Positions 1 to 10,494 are shown, numbered from the stretch's first letter. The stretch is DNA of 64,000 nucleotides from an uncultured Fibrobacter sp. (GCF_900316465.1 NZ_ONDD01000001.1:51545-115544), one strand, 5' to 3'. Translations and numbers: made by a program. The notes: generated by a model from the sequence alone, not told the origin.

Positions 1-446
1 CCATCAGTTTCTGGCTTGAACTGGACAGCCTTGCCGACAGCACCGTCCTGCTGGGCAACTGCGATAGCCTGGGCTTCGAAATCCGCCGTTGCCAAAAAGA
101 TTCTACCGCCATCTGCACTAGAATCTATAACGGCATCGACACCGCCTCTACCGATTCCATTGAATACGGCAAGGCCAGCATTCTTGACGGCAAGCGCCAC
201 CACTACTCGCTCGCAATCCACAAGAAGCACTTGACTATTGCGGTGGACGGCGTTACCATCCGCGATACCGATTTGAAACTGTCCGAGAAATTCTACAGCG
301 TCGAAGGAATCAGGGCGACCCCTGGTCTTGCAAAAGACATCCTGTTCTATTCCTTCGGGGACTACATTCGCTACAAGGGCGACAGAAGCTGGACCCGCCT
401 AAAAGCCTGGCTCTACGCCTTCTACGAAATGCAGAAAGATATTTAG
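1..446 (+). CDS. 5'-truncated CDS; C-terminal LamG/concanavalin-like beta-sandwich (tentative)
   Basis: Frame is open from position 3 (ISFWLELDSL...ILDGKRHHYSLAIHKKHLTIAVDG...) to TAG at 444-446. The ISFW...DGxxHH...hxVDG pattern resembles LamG folds. Confidence 0.55.
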   Translation, partial: ISFWLELDSLADSTVLLGNCDSLGFEIRRCQKDSTAICTRIYNGIDTASTDSIEYGKASILDGKRHHYSLAIHKKHLTIAVDGVTIRDTDLKLSEKFYSVEGIRATPGLAKDILFYSFGDYIRYKGDRSWTRLKAWLYAFYEMQKDI

Positions 447-451
447 AATAC

Positions 452-488
452 GTCATTGCGAGCCCATTACAAATGGGCGAAGCAATCT
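452..488. repeat. REP-like palindrome (GTCATTGCGAG...GAAGCAATC type)
   Basis: GTCATTGCGA-GCCCATT-aca-AATGGGC-GAAGCAATC nested inverted repeat between convergent genes. Confidence 0.6.
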
Positions 489-505
489 ACTTACTATGGA
501 CGTTT

Positions 506-1402
506 TTACTCGCCCACGACGAGCTTTAAATAAAGTTCCTTCAAGGCATCGCCCCACAGGTACATGAACGGGGCGGCCACCGCAAGGAAGGGGCCAAAAG
601 GAATCTGGCCAGCGCCTTCGTCTTCTTCGGCGGAAGCATTCTTATTTTGCGAAGCCTTACTTTGAGCAGCCTTTTTAGCGGCACGGTTTTCAGCAATCTT
701 TGCATACGGCACCATAATCAAAATGCCAAGAATCGAGGCAACCACCAGCACTTCGACCGCGCGGGTCACACCCATGAGTGCGCCAAAACCGGCCAGCAAC
801 TTGACATCGCCAAAGCCCATGGCAGCCTTGTTCAGCACCTTGGTCGCCACCCAGCCAAGCAAATAAAGGCCACCACCAGCAGCAACTGCACCCACGATAC
901 TTTCAAGCGGAGTCACGCCCCCCGGAATAAAAGAAATGATAAGGCCCGCGACAATGCCGCCCACCGAAATAGAATCAGGAATTAATTTGTACTTAAAGTC
1001 AACAGCACTTACCGGGTAAATGCCAAGCAGTAACCAGAACAAGGCCAACGCATCGGCCCACACCTCAACACCTTGCACCGGAGCAGTAAAATCCGTAGTA
1101 AAACCGGTAGCCGCATACAAGGCAAGAGCACCCAAAAGGCCACACAAAGATTCCCCAATGGGGTAAATAATGCTAATGGGCTGCTTACAGCAGGCACTCT
1201 TCCCTCTTAGAATAATCCAACCTATAATAGGCAAGTTGTAATACAGCGGGATATGCTTTTTGCAAAGCGGGCAATGCGAAGGCGGGTTAATCAGCGAAAT
1301 TCCGCGGGGCATGCGGTACACAATTACGTTATAAAAACTGCCAACACAGGCTCCCAGCATAAAAAATACGGCCAGGCAGTACCAAAGTGGGATTTCTTCC
1401 AT
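506..1402 (-). CDS. pilD: Prepilin peptidase/N-methyltransferase (A24A)
   Basis: GSFYNVIVYRMP, PPSHCPLC, GKSACCKQPI, catalytic VDFK and MGFGDVKL, IPFGPFL. Confidence 0.95.
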   Translation of the reverse strand: MEEIPLWYCLAVFFMLGACVGSFYNVIVYRMPRGISLINPPSHCPLCKKHIPLYYNLPIIGWIILRGKSACCKQPISIIYPIGESLCGLLGALALYAATGFTTDFTAPVQGVEVWADALALFWLLLGIYPVSAVDFKYKLIPDSISVGGIVAGLIISFIPGGVTPLESIVGAVAAGGGLYLLGWVATKVLNKAAMGFGDVKLLAGFGALMGVTRAVEVLVVASILGILIMVPYAKIAENRAAKKAAQSKASQNKNASAEEDEGAGQIPFGPFLAVAAPFMYLWGDALKELYLKLVVGE

Positions 1403-1501
1403 AATCTTGCTCCATCAGTGTAAATTTTCACTCACGCTTTTCAAATAAAAAAGATAGATTTAAAGTGTAAAAATTGTTTAGTATTTAATTGAGGATGTGC
1501 T

Positions 1502-4500
1502 ATGCGTGTACCCCATTTTTTAATGTTCACCCTCGGCCTTAGCGCTGCTCTAGCCCTTTTCGGATGTTCTAGGGAATCTCCCGTTAAGGAAAACGTCAAC
1601 CTGAAGAACAACCACTCCCGCGTTTTCGTCTTCAATGAGCCTATTCAGGACCCCAAGGTATTCGCGGATTCCATGATAAATACCGCAGTCATGGAAGCCG
1701 ACACCATTCCGGACACCCTGACCGTTACTGTCAACGACACCGTGTACCTGTTCGCCGTCCTCCCCTATAACGTGGACAAGATCTACAGGTTCCAGTGGAC
1801 GCTTACCAAAAAGAACGGAAAGGACACCACCGTTATTGGCGACAACGCCAAACTGCAGACATGGGTATACGCTAAACCGGGCCTCTACGAGCCCAAGTTC
1901 GTCGCCTTTGACGGAAACAACGCAACCGACACCTCCGGTATAGCCACCCGAAAGGCATGGGTCAAGGTCATCGACACCAAACCCACCTTGGTTGTCCCCA
2001 AGGACACCCTCTGGACCAAGCACGATGGCGATATCACCTTCCCGATTTTGGCAAACGACTCCTTCGGAACGATTGTAGACGTAAAGGTCGACCTCGATGC
2101 CGGCGGCAAGAAAGATTCCGCCAAGACCGTCAAGTACAAGATGTACGAAGACAACGACTCGCTCTACCTGACTATCAAGAACGACAAGAGCAGGATTGAT
2201 TCCCTTGGCAACCAGAAGATTTACGTCATCGTGACCGACGATGACGGCAATGAAACCAAGGATAGCGTGAACCTGCACTTCAACCGCATTCCAAGGCTCA
2301 AGGTCATTTACCCGCAAGACGGCGCCCGTCACAACATTAACGACCGTTTCTACTTTTACTACGAAGGCGAAGACGACGACAACCCGCAGAACTTACAGTA
2401 CTTTATATATGCACAGGTTTCCAAGAACAGTCAACCGCCGCAAAAGGCTTTCACTGACGACGACTTGATTGCAAAGGCATACACCTCGAACATTTTTGAA
2501 CCGATTGACGCCAACGGCAAGAACAACATCACCCTCATTAGCGAACCGGGCAAGGCTTTAACTGGCCGCATTTACTGGGACATGTACGCTACCGACGGCT
2601 ACGACATCGTAAGACTCACGCGTATTTCTACCGGCGAAAATACAAGCCGTCCGTGGAACTTCTTCATTGGCAACCTGAGTTCCGCACAAGGAACCTTTAC
2701 TGGCGTGGCCAAATACCAAGGCAAAGACAACCACTCCAACATTCATGTTGAATTCAGCAACGGAAACAAGACCTTCGACACCTACACCGACAGCAAGGGT
2801 AACTACACCGTCAAGGTCGATGCAGGCATATACGCCGCCTCCATCACCTCTGATTCGCTCAGGGAATACCAGAGCCGCACGATTGACAGTCTCTTTGTTG
2901 AATCGGGCAGCACCATCAGCATGGATGAAATCATTTTGAAAGATACCGTACCGCCCATGCTTCTCGTGAAAAACATCGACACCCTGACAACACGCGCCTA
3001 CAATCAAACGCTTTACGCCCGCGACCTGGGTACCGGCATTGATTCAGTCAGCGCAAGCATCGATGGCAAGGTAGAGCGCTTAACATGCAGCATCGGCGAA
3101 GAGGGCGCCATTTACAACTGCGCCTTGAGCCTGAACAATCTAGTCGACGGTAACCATAAGCTCGTTTACAGCGCCAAGGACAAAGCCGGCAACATCGAAA
3201 AGCTGGAACAAACCATCACCATCATGGCAACCAAGATTGCTCTGGATGTTAATGGCGACAAGAACGCCCGCATTGGCGAAGATGAGACCCTCACATTCAA
3301 CGCGGAAATCAGCGATGCTTTGCCCGCCCCCCGAAAGGTCACATGGTCTTGGAGCTTGGACGATACCAAAAAAACGACCGAAGTCGATGAAGACGGCAGG
3401 GCCACTTTAACATACTCTTACAATCAACTCAAAGATTTGGCAACTGCAGGTGAAGAATACCTGATGACCGTATCTTACACCGAAAACGGAGCTGACGTAA
3501 AAGCCCAAGTCAAATTCGGTATCCGCGGAGACGACCCCACCATTATCTTTACCGAGCCCGCTTTCGATGACACCGTAAGCCTTAACGACGTTGTCGCATT
3601 CAAGGTCAAGACTTACAAGGGCAAGTCCAGCTCGGACATGACAATCACGTGGAACTGCTCCGGCAAAGATAAGTTGGCAACTGGCTACGTCTGCCCCGCA
3701 AACAATACCGAAGAAGCTAACATCGCTTACATGGCCGTGGGCACCTACACGATTACGGCAACCGTTACTGACCAAAACGACAAATCCAGCACCGCCACCA
3801 CCAAGGTAATCGTGATTAGCGATCCGCCGACGATTGATGTCACCACCGAAAGCAAGACGAACGAATACAAGATCAACAGCGTCGTCACCGTGAAGGCATC
3901 GGCAAGCGACAAGTTCGGCACCATCAACAAGATTGAATGGGGCTGCAGCAACGGAATGGTCAGCTACGACTATAAGAAAGACATTGACCCGCCCACTTCA
4001 TCGGTCAGCGACATCGCCCTCCAGTTAACACTTCCGGGCGCTGAAGTTGATAACCACCGTTGCATCTTCAAGGCTACCGACGACGATGGCGAACAAGGTT
4101 TTGACACGCTTATTTTCAAGACTTTGCTCGACCCGCCCACCATTCGTCTGAACACCAAGAGAGACACGGTCAAGATCAACAGTCAACAGACAATCAAAGC
4201 AATTGCATCCGACAAGCTCGGCTACATAGCCAAATACGAAAGCGCTTGTAGCGACAAGCTTGCCGATCTCAAGAACCCGGCATGGGAAGATATGAGTTCG
4301 GCACAGACCGTAGTCGTTATGCCGCAGACCGCCACAAACGCTTACTACTGCGTAGTCCAGGTTACTGACGATGACGGCAACACCGCCCGCGACACAGCCA
4401 TTTACAAGGTCGTTGTCGGTATGCCGTCTGTCACCGCATACGTCAACTACAGCAAGGTTACCATCAAGGACGTTGTGGAACTGAACGCTCACGCACAGGA

Positions 4501-6826
4501 CTCCTTGGGTTCGCTTGTCAAGTACGAATGGGGTTGCGGTTCAGCCTCCGCCGAAAACATCGGCTTTACTTACAGTTCCGCCACATCGCCGCGCACGACC
4601 ATGGTCATGCCTTCTACCGCACAGAACGGCTACAAGTGCATTGCCCGCGTCACCGACGATGACGGCAACATTGCCAAGGATACCGTCAAGATTGACATTA
4701 TCCTTGCACCTCCGAGCATCGAAGTCACCAAGAAGAGCTTGGTCGTTCGCGCAGGCTACAACATCACCTTGAATGCCGACGCCTACGACAATAACAATCT
4801 GCCTTCGGACCCGGGAAGCATCGCCAAGCGAGAATGGAGCTGCGGCACGCCCGAACAGATTGCAAGCAAGTGGAAAACCGTCAGCGACTTTGACACCGTA
4901 TGGAAAGCCCCCGCAGCCGAAGCAGAATTCTACTGCGTCGCTCGCGCTACCGATAACGACGGCAACATGGTTTCTGACACCATGAAGATTACCTACTCGA
5001 CAGACACTCCAATTATTCGCGTCAAGGAACAGCTCATCTACATTAACGAAGGCGATGAATTTATTCTCGACGCCACCGTTAACGACGTATGGCAGGGCAT
5101 TGACTGGTTCAAATGGAATTGTGTGGACAAAGCCACCGGCAAGACCCTGGAACCGAAAGAAATCAAGTACGACTACACCGCCAACGGGAAAACGCTCCGA
5201 ATCCCCAAGGATTCGACATACTCCGAAAAGGGTAAAGACATGTATTGTATTGTGTCTGCTCAGGAATCCAGCACTGAGGCAACCTTCAGCGACACGACCG
5301 AAGTTCTCTTGATGAAACATCATCCGGTAGGTGTCATTACCGCAGCAGATACCGTTTACCTGTGGAGTGGCGACGAATCCGTCGATGATGAAGCTATCTA
5401 CTTCTACACGCCGGAATGGACCGCCAAAAATTCCATCATGGGCGACCTCGGTAACGAAAACATGCAGGATTACTGGTGGAAATTCAGCAACGTCGACGGC
5501 AACTTCTATCAGGGCAAGAAGGACGGCGGCCTCGACACAAGCATCGCTGAATTCAACACCGCCTTCATCCGCAAAACGACCGAAGGCTCCATGACCATTT
5601 CTCTAGACTACCGCGACAGTACGTCAACAACTCCGACGCATTCCTTCTACAACAGGCACCGCGCCGAAGAAGTCAGCCGCAAGGTGTACTTCCGCAAGGC
5701 TTGGCGTAATCAGGGTCCGGACACCGTCATTGCAAAGAGCACATCGAATACGCCGTCGGTCATGACGCTTGTAAGCGACGTACCTACCGTCGCCTACCAT
5801 GATGACGCGGCCAAGAAGATTGTCGTAAAACAACTCCAGGACAACAAATGGGAAGACCTCGGTTCCTTTACCTTTACCCAACCGGTAACTTCGATCCAGT
5901 TGGCGGCAGATGGTTCTACGGTCTATGTCGGCGTGCTCGATAGCACAGGCAAGTTCAGCGTATACAAGTCGTTCACCCAGATCGGCAACACCATTGAAGG
6001 CGTTACGCAGGCAAAGATTCTTGTAAAGAGCGGCGCCACAAACGCTTTGGTCATGTACCTCAAGAGCAACGCTGTTTACCTGGCCGAACTGAACGGTAGC
6101 ACGTGGAAGAATAATTCCACGTTCAACCGTCTCAAGTACAGCTTTACCAATGGTAATAACACAACTAAAGTGAACTACCGTGAATTCAACGCTCTATTTG
6201 CCAGCAACGGAAGCCTCGTCATCGTCGCGGTTGACAACACCTCGGACTACACAGGATACAAGTTCGTCTACAGCAGCAGCTACCAGAATACTCATGCCGA
6301 AAAAATCGACAAGCACATGAGTAAGATAGCTCTCGCTGAAAAATCGAACACCCTGTACCTTGGCTTTGCAAACCGCAACGTGGAAGGCGGAAAATACGGT
6401 CCGTACCTGTACAAGGGAAAGATCTCCAACAACAGCCTTACTCTTGACAAGTCCGGAGTATACAGCAAGTCTATCCACGAAGGCTTGATTGCTTACAACA
6501 TCAGCCTCGCCGTCTCTGGAAACACGCTGTACGCCGCCATGGACGACGCCGGGCGACCCAACTTGTCACAGGTTCACGTGTACAGACTCGAAGGCGACAA
6601 GTGGCACCTGCATGGTGAAAACCAGCTGCCCTACTTCAGCTCCGTATTCTACAACAAGAACAAGTACTATCTGCGCGGTTCCAGTCCGACGATTGCAACA
6701 ACCAGCAACGGAAAGGTTTACGTTTCGATGCTCGCCCGCGAAACCGCGTACGGTGACACACACACAGCTAAAAACAACGGTCCGCTTGTCATGAAGTATG
6801 TGGCCGACAACTGGGAGATTAAATAA
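1502..6826 (+). CDS. Giant lipoprotein (1774 aa) with tandem PKD/Ig-like repeats and a C-terminal beta-rich domain
   Basis: Lipobox LALFG-C; repeated W-x-C...C-xxx-(V/A)TD(D/N)DG-xxxx-DT units; host-like codon usage. Confidence 0.8.
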   Translation: MRVPHFLMFTLGLSAALALFGCSRESPVKENVNLKNNHSRVFVFNEPIQDPKVFADSMINTAVMEADTIPDTLTVTVNDTVYLFAVLPYNVDKIYRFQWTLTKKNGKDTTVIGDNAKLQTWVYAKPGLYEPKFVAFDGNNATDTSGIATRKAWVKVIDTKPTLVVPKDTLWTKHDGDITFPILANDSFGTIVDVKVDLDAGGKKDSAKTVKYKMYEDNDSLYLTIKNDKSRIDSLGNQKIYVIVTDDDGNETKDSVNLHFNRIPRLKVIYPQDGARHNINDRFYFYYEGEDDDNPQNLQYFIYAQVSKNSQPPQKAFTDDDLIAKAYTSNIFEPIDANGKNNITLISEPGKALTGRIYWDMYATDGYDIVRLTRISTGENTSRPWNFFIGNLSSAQGTFTGVAKYQGKDNHSNIHVEFSNGNKTFDTYTDSKGNYTVKVDAGIYAASITSDSLREYQSRTIDSLFVESGSTISMDEIILKDTVPPMLLVKNIDTLTTRAYNQTLYARDLGTGIDSVSASIDGKVERLTCSIGEEGAIYNCALSLNNLVDGNHKLVYSAKDKAGNIEKLEQTITIMATKIALDVNGDKNARIGEDETLTFNAEISDALPAPRKVTWSWSLDDTKKTTEVDEDGRATLTYSYNQLKDLATAGEEYLMTVSYTENGADVKAQVKFGIRGDDPTIIFTEPAFDDTVSLNDVVAFKVKTYKGKSSSDMTITWNCSGKDKLATGYVCPANNTEEANIAYMAVGTYTITATVTDQNDKSSTATTKVIVISDPPTIDVTTESKTNEYKINSVVTVKASASDKFGTINKIEWGCSNGMVSYDYKKDIDPPTSSVSDIALQLTLPGAEVDNHRCIFKATDDDGEQGFDTLIFKTLLDPPTIRLNTKRDTVKINSQQTIKAIASDKLGYIAKYESACSDKLADLKNPAWEDMSSAQTVVVMPQTATNAYYCVVQVTDDDGNTARDTAIYKVVVGMPSVTAYVNYSKVTIKDVVELNAHAQDSLGSLVKYEWGCGSASAENIGFTYSSATSPRTTMVMPSTAQNGYKCIARVTDDDGNIAKDTVKIDIILAPPSIEVTKKSLVVRAGYNITLNADAYDNNNLPSDPGSIAKREWSCGTPEQIASKWKTVSDFDTVWKAPAAEAEFYCVARATDNDGNMVSDTMKITYSTDTPIIRVKEQLIYINEGDEFILDATVNDVWQGIDWFKWNCVDKATGKTLEPKEIKYDYTANGKTLRIPKDSTYSEKGKDMYCIVSAQESSTEATFSDTTEVLLMKHHPVGVITAADTVYLWSGDESVDDEAIYFYTPEWTAKNSIMGDLGNENMQDYWWKFSNVDGNFYQGKKDGGLDTSIAEFNTAFIRKTTEGSMTISLDYRDSTSTTPTHSFYNRHRAEEVSRKVYFRKAWRNQGPDTVIAKSTSNTPSVMTLVSDVPTVAYHDDAAKKIVVKQLQDNKWEDLGSFTFTQPVTSIQLAADGSTVYVGVLDSTGKFSVYKSFTQIGNTIEGVTQAKILVKSGATNALVMYLKSNAVYLAELNGSTWKNNSTFNRLKYSFTNGNNTTKVNYREFNALFASNGSLVIVAVDNTSDYTGYKFVYSSSYQNTHAEKIDKHMSKIALAEKSNTLYLGFANRNVEGGKYGPYLYKGKISNNSLTLDKSGVYSKSIHEGLIAYNISLAVSGNTLYAAMDDAGRPNLSQVHVYRLEGDKWHLHGENQLPYFSSVFYNKNKYYLRGSSPTIATTSNGKVYVSMLARETAYGDTHTAKNNGPLVMKYVADNWEIK

Positions 6827-7284
6827 TGAATATTGAAATAGCCGCTATTTGTGATGCAGCAACTGCCAACGGAATTGGCGGACGCTTGAACATCCTTGGA
6901 GCATTTGACCGAATTTTTGCAAATTTTCCATTGGTGATTCCACAATGTTCTACGGCTTTTAGAATCCGTTACATGCGTAGCGAAGCGGGCATGCACGACT
7001 TGACGCTTGCATTCGAAGATGTTTGCGGCAAGCCGATTGTGCCGCCCATGCAGTCCAAGATTCCGCTGGAACCTGTGGCCCAGGGCTTTGACACCGCCGC
7101 GGTGAACATGGTCCTCAACCTGCAGCGTTTCCAGATCAAGCGCCCGGACAAGTACATGATTCGTTTGCTGATCGACGGCGAAGAACTGGCCAGCTTGCCG
7201 CTATACGCGCTCGAAGCGCCGAAAGAAGGCGGCCAGGCTCCCGACGCCCCGATTGCCCAGGGCGAACAGAACTTGCCTAACTAA
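6826..7284 (+). CDS. Conserved hypothetical protein (DUF6941-like)
   Basis: ICDAA...GRLNILGAFDRI...FP motif; start overlaps the upstream stop (TAATG). Confidence 0.65.
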   Translation: MNIEIAAICDAATANGIGGRLNILGAFDRIFANFPLVIPQCSTAFRIRYMRSEAGMHDLTLAFEDVCGKPIVPPMQSKIPLEPVAQGFDTAAVNMVLNLQRFQIKRPDKYMIRLLIDGEELASLPLYALEAPKEGGQAPDAPIAQGEQNLPN

Positions 7285-7883
7285 CGGCTTACAGCGACGC
7301 AGAGTGCGGCGCGCATCGGGGCTCCGACTGCAGCCGCATCCAAGTCCACAAAATGAACGGTAAAAGGTTCTTTTGAATCCGGCTGCTCCACAAGCACCGG
7401 ATTTTTTTGCATATCGCGCCTCAGAGTGCCCTCAAAGAATTCGCCGCCCACGCACTTGTAAAAAGCCTCTTTGCGGCACCAGAGCTTAAAGAATTCCTGC
7501 ATGGCGAGCTCTTCGCCGAGAGTCGCAAGTTGCGTCGATTCCTCTTTGCTAAAGAATCTCTCTGCCAGGTGCAAACGTTTCGGCGAAAACTTTTCCAAGT
7601 CCACCCCGATCTTTAGGCGGCCACGAGAACCGCGCTCGCCATAGGCACACACGCAGAAGCCTTGGGAATGCGTCCAGTTCACGTCAAAGTCGAGCTTCGG
7701 GAACTCGGGGCGAGGATTCTCCTTGGACTCACACAAGTCGGCCCCACTCACGGGCGCCCCCACGTAATCCGACAAGAGGCCAAAAATCACCGAACGGTGG
7801 TCCGGCTTTTGGGCAAACCCAGCCAGGTGGACCACCCCCAGAGGAGTTTCGACATCGAGCCTATGGATTTTATTTTCACTCAT
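7281..7883 (-). CDS. 4'-phosphopantetheinyl transferase (Sfp/ACPS superfamily)
   Basis: NWTHS, IGVDLE, FFSKEE, FFKLWCRKEAFYKCVG motifs. Confidence 0.9.
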   Translation of the reverse strand: MSENKIHRLDVETPLGVVHLAGFAQKPDHRSVIFGLLSDYVGAPVSGADLCESKENPRPEFPKLDFDVNWTHSQGFCVCAYGERGSRGRLKIGVDLEKFSPKRLHLAERFFSKEESTQLATLGEELAMQEFFKLWCRKEAFYKCVGGEFFEGTLRRDMQKNPVLVEQPDSKEPFTVHFVDLDAAAVGAPMRAALCVAVSR

Positions 7884-7921
7884 AATATGTTTAACCCAAA
7901 GATAATTTCTACTTTAGGGGC

Positions 7922-8470
7922 ATGAACTTGACTTTCCGCAAAAAAGCAGGCATCGCCCTGGGTACAATCGCGCTTGCACTCACTGCATGCGGCGACATCA
8001 ACAACAGCTGGGAAGTCAGAGGCGGCGGCTACCTCAAGTACACGCTCAACGGCGACGGTCCCTACACCATAGAACTCGACAAAAACGACGTCGAGCCCCC
8101 GTTCTACGTGAACAACAGCCACCACTACTTTTATTTTTGCACCCGAATCGAAGAAAGCAAGCAGGGCGACCAGCTTTCGCTCATGGTCAACAGCCCCCAG
8201 ACCGGCAAAGAACTCACTCCGGTGGGCCGTGCAAGCCTGAACGGCCGAATGCAGAACGTTTCATGGTTTCGCGCCAATTTCGCGACAGAAGCCCCCCTTA
8301 TCGTCGACAGCAGCACCATCAAGTTCGACGAAATCATCAAAGATTCCCTGTGGACAGCCGATTTGGACCTGTATTTCATGGATTGCCGCTCCGGAACCTG
8401 CAGCGACAGCCTCCCCCCGCTCCATTTGAGCGGCCGATTCCGCTACTGGGTACCCGATTCTGAACGTTAA
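7922..8470 (+). CDS. Hypothetical lipoprotein
   Basis: Basic N-terminus, hydrophobic core and lipobox LALTA-C. Confidence 0.75.
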   Translation: MNLTFRKKAGIALGTIALALTACGDINNSWEVRGGGYLKYTLNGDGPYTIELDKNDVEPPFYVNNSHHYFYFCTRIEESKQGDQLSLMVNSPQTGKELTPVGRASLNGRMQNVSWFRANFATEAPLIVDSSTIKFDEIIKDSLWTADLDLYFMDCRSGTCSDSLPPLHLSGRFRYWVPDSER

Positions 8471-8477
8471 ATACCCC

Positions 8478-8508
8478 TTGACAAGCGCAAAACGCTTTAC
8501 TATATTTG
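8478..8508 (+). promoter_or_regulatory. Promoter of tRNA-Val
   Basis: TTGACA (8478-8483), 17-bp spacer, TATATTTG (8501-8508), 10 bp before the tRNA. Confidence 0.8.
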
Positions 8509-8518
8509 GTCTCACCTC

Positions 8519-8592
<74 letters not shown>

Positions 8593-8595
8593 CTG

Positions 8596-8630
8596 AAAGA
8601 GCCTCGCTTCAAGCGAGGTTTCTTTTTTTT
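8596..8630 (+). terminator. Rho-independent terminator after the tRNA
   Basis: GCCTCGCTT-c-AAGCGAGGT hairpin followed by a T-run. Confidence 0.8.
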
Positions 8631-8651
8631 GTTTTAAAGCCCCCTATAAAA

Positions 8652-8682
8652 AACAAAAACCGCCTGAGAGGCGGTCTTTGTT
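8652..8682 (-). terminator. Rho-independent terminator of the DASS transporter gene
   Basis: ACCGCCT-gag-AGGCGGT hairpin with an A-run on its left. Confidence 0.7.
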
Positions 8683-8738
8683 CAGGAAGAAAAATCCTTC
8701 AATTACTTGGCGGCAGCAGCCGTATCAACGACTTCGAC

Positions 8739-8827
8739 CTGTGAGCTACAAGCGACTCGTATTAACGAGTCGTGGTAGCGAGAGCGAGGCGAAGCTACAA
8801 CTCGTTGTGCCAATAGAGCCGAGCGGT
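8739..8827. repeat. ~89-bp palindromic REP/MITE-like insert
   Basis: GCTAC...CGACTCGT-atta-ACGAGTCG...GTAGC hairpin plus a second GCTACAA copy; lies between the transporter stop and a stranded coding tail. Confidence 0.5.
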
Positions 8828-10450
8828 CTATTTAGCAGCGGCGGCGCTATCGACAGCGACGGCAACGGTGCTGTCAGCGGCGACTGCTGCAGCGCTGTCA
8901 GCAACAGCGGGAGCGGCAGGAGCTTCAACCACCTTTTCGGCGGCAGCAGGTGCTGCAGGAGCGGCTTCAGCGGCCTTAGGAACCGGAGTACCGAAGAAGT
9001 TCACCTTGGCGAGGAAAATCATCATCACCCAGGAGAGAACGAGGCCGGAAAGACCCATCACGATACCGGTCTTGGCCATACCGTTGGTGTCGGTGTAACC
9101 CGTAGCGTGGGCCAAGGCGTTAGGCGGAGTCGAAATCGGGAGGCTCATACCGAGAGAGCTTGCAAAGGCAACAGAAACGAGCAGGGCGGTCACGCCACCG
9201 AGGCCAACGAGGTTGTCCTGGCAGGCAATGCCCACGGCGCAAAGAATCGGAACCAAGAGCGTCGCCGTAGAGGTATGGCTCATGAAGTTAGCCATGAACA
9301 AGCAGATGATACCGCAACCGATCATGAGGGCGATCGGAGACCAGCTTGCAAACGGAATCGTCTTGATCAAGTGAGCGGCAAGGCCAGTAGCGTTCAGGCC
9401 AACACCCAGAGCAAAACCGCCAGCCACGAGCCAGAGCACGTCCCAGCTCATTGCGTTCAGGTCTTTCTTGGTAATCACGCCAGTCAAAGCAAACACAGCC
9501 ATCGGGATCATAGCGATTGCGTTATCGTTAATGCCGTGGACACCCTTACCGGTCACCCACAAGACAACGCACACGACAAAGGTAATGTACACGATAATGG
9601 CCTTGGGGCTGGTATCAAACTTGCCGGCACCTTCAATGTTCAGGACCATTTCCTTCATCTTGATCGGGTAGATCTTGAGGAGCAAGAGCCAAGCAATTAC
9701 CATCAAAATAATCACATACGGAATACCGAAGGCCATCCACTGACCGAAGCTCACCGGGTTAGCAACGAGGTCGCCACGGGCAACGGCGTCGTTCAAGGCG
9801 CCAAGGGCAATAGCGTTAGGAGGCGTACCGATCGGGGTACCCATACCACCGATGTTGGCGCCCAGCGGAATAGCGAGGGCAAAGGCAGCTTTACCGCGGT
9901 CATCTTCGTCGAAGAGCTTGAGCACCGGAGCGAGAATAGCAAGCATCATGGCGGCGGTAGCAGTGTTGCTCATGAACATGGAGAACACGGCGGTGATGAG
10001 CATGAGGCCAAGAAGCACGAACTTCGGGTTCTTGCCGAAGGGCTTCAGGAGCACGCGGGCAAGGTTCAAGTCCATCTTGTACTTGGTAGCGGCAGCAGCA
10101 AGGAAGAAGCCGCCCAAGAAGAGCATGATGATCGGGTTTGCAAACGTAGCCATAATGGACTTATGGCTGATCATGGTCACGCCGTCCACGCGGAACGGAG
10201 AGAGGGACGAGTCAGACATCGTCACGATCATGAGCACGATGACGAGCACCGAGGTCGACCAGATCGGGAACGGTTGCAGGATCCAGAAGAGGGCCGCCAT
10301 CACGAAAACGCCAATGACGCGAATTTCGAGCGGATTCAGGATTCCCATGGGGCTTGCGGCATCGAATCCGAGGGATTCGTAGGGCAAGAAGAGGGCGGCG
10401 ATGGCGAGCACCGACGCGATGATGAACTTGATGAATTTAGCCTTTGTCAT
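8828..10450 (-). CDS. DASS/SLC13 family Na+:dicarboxylate/sulfate symporter
   Basis: SMFMSNTAT, GGMGTPIGTPPNAI, NFMSHTSTA, LPISTPPNA; many TM helices; Ala-rich tail. Likely start MTKAKF at 10450. Confidence 0.92.
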   Translation of the reverse strand: MTKAKFIKFIIASVLAIAALFLPYESLGFDAASPMGILNPLEIRVIGVFVMAALFWILQPFPIWSTSVLVIVLMIVTMSDSSLSPFRVDGVTMISHKSIMATFANPIIMLFLGGFFLAAAATKYKMDLNLARVLLKPFGKNPKFVLLGLMLITAVFSMFMSNTATAAMMLAILAPVLKLFDEDDRGKAAFALAIPLGANIGGMGTPIGTPPNAIALGALNDAVARGDLVANPVSFGQWMAFGIPYVIILMVIAWLLLLKIYPIKMKEMVLNIEGAGKFDTSPKAIIVYITFVVCVVLWVTGKGVHGINDNAIAMIPMAVFALTGVITKKDLNAMSWDVLWLVAGGFALGVGLNATGLAAHLIKTIPFASWSPIALMIGCGIICLFMANFMSHTSTATLLVPILCAVGIACQDNLVGLGGVTALLVSVAFASSLGMSLPISTPPNALAHATGYTDTNGMAKTGIVMGLSGLVLSWVMMIFLAKVNFFGTPVPKAAEAAPAAPAAAEKVVEAPAAPAVADSAAAVAADSTVAVAVDSAAAAK

Positions 10451-10494
10451 AGTGCGGCCAAATTTAGAAAAAAGCCGCCCCAATGGCAAGATTA

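Noticed and set aside
7281..7883. PPTase as marker of an NRPS/PKS cluster
   Set aside because: No carrier-protein, NRPS or PKS genes in the window.
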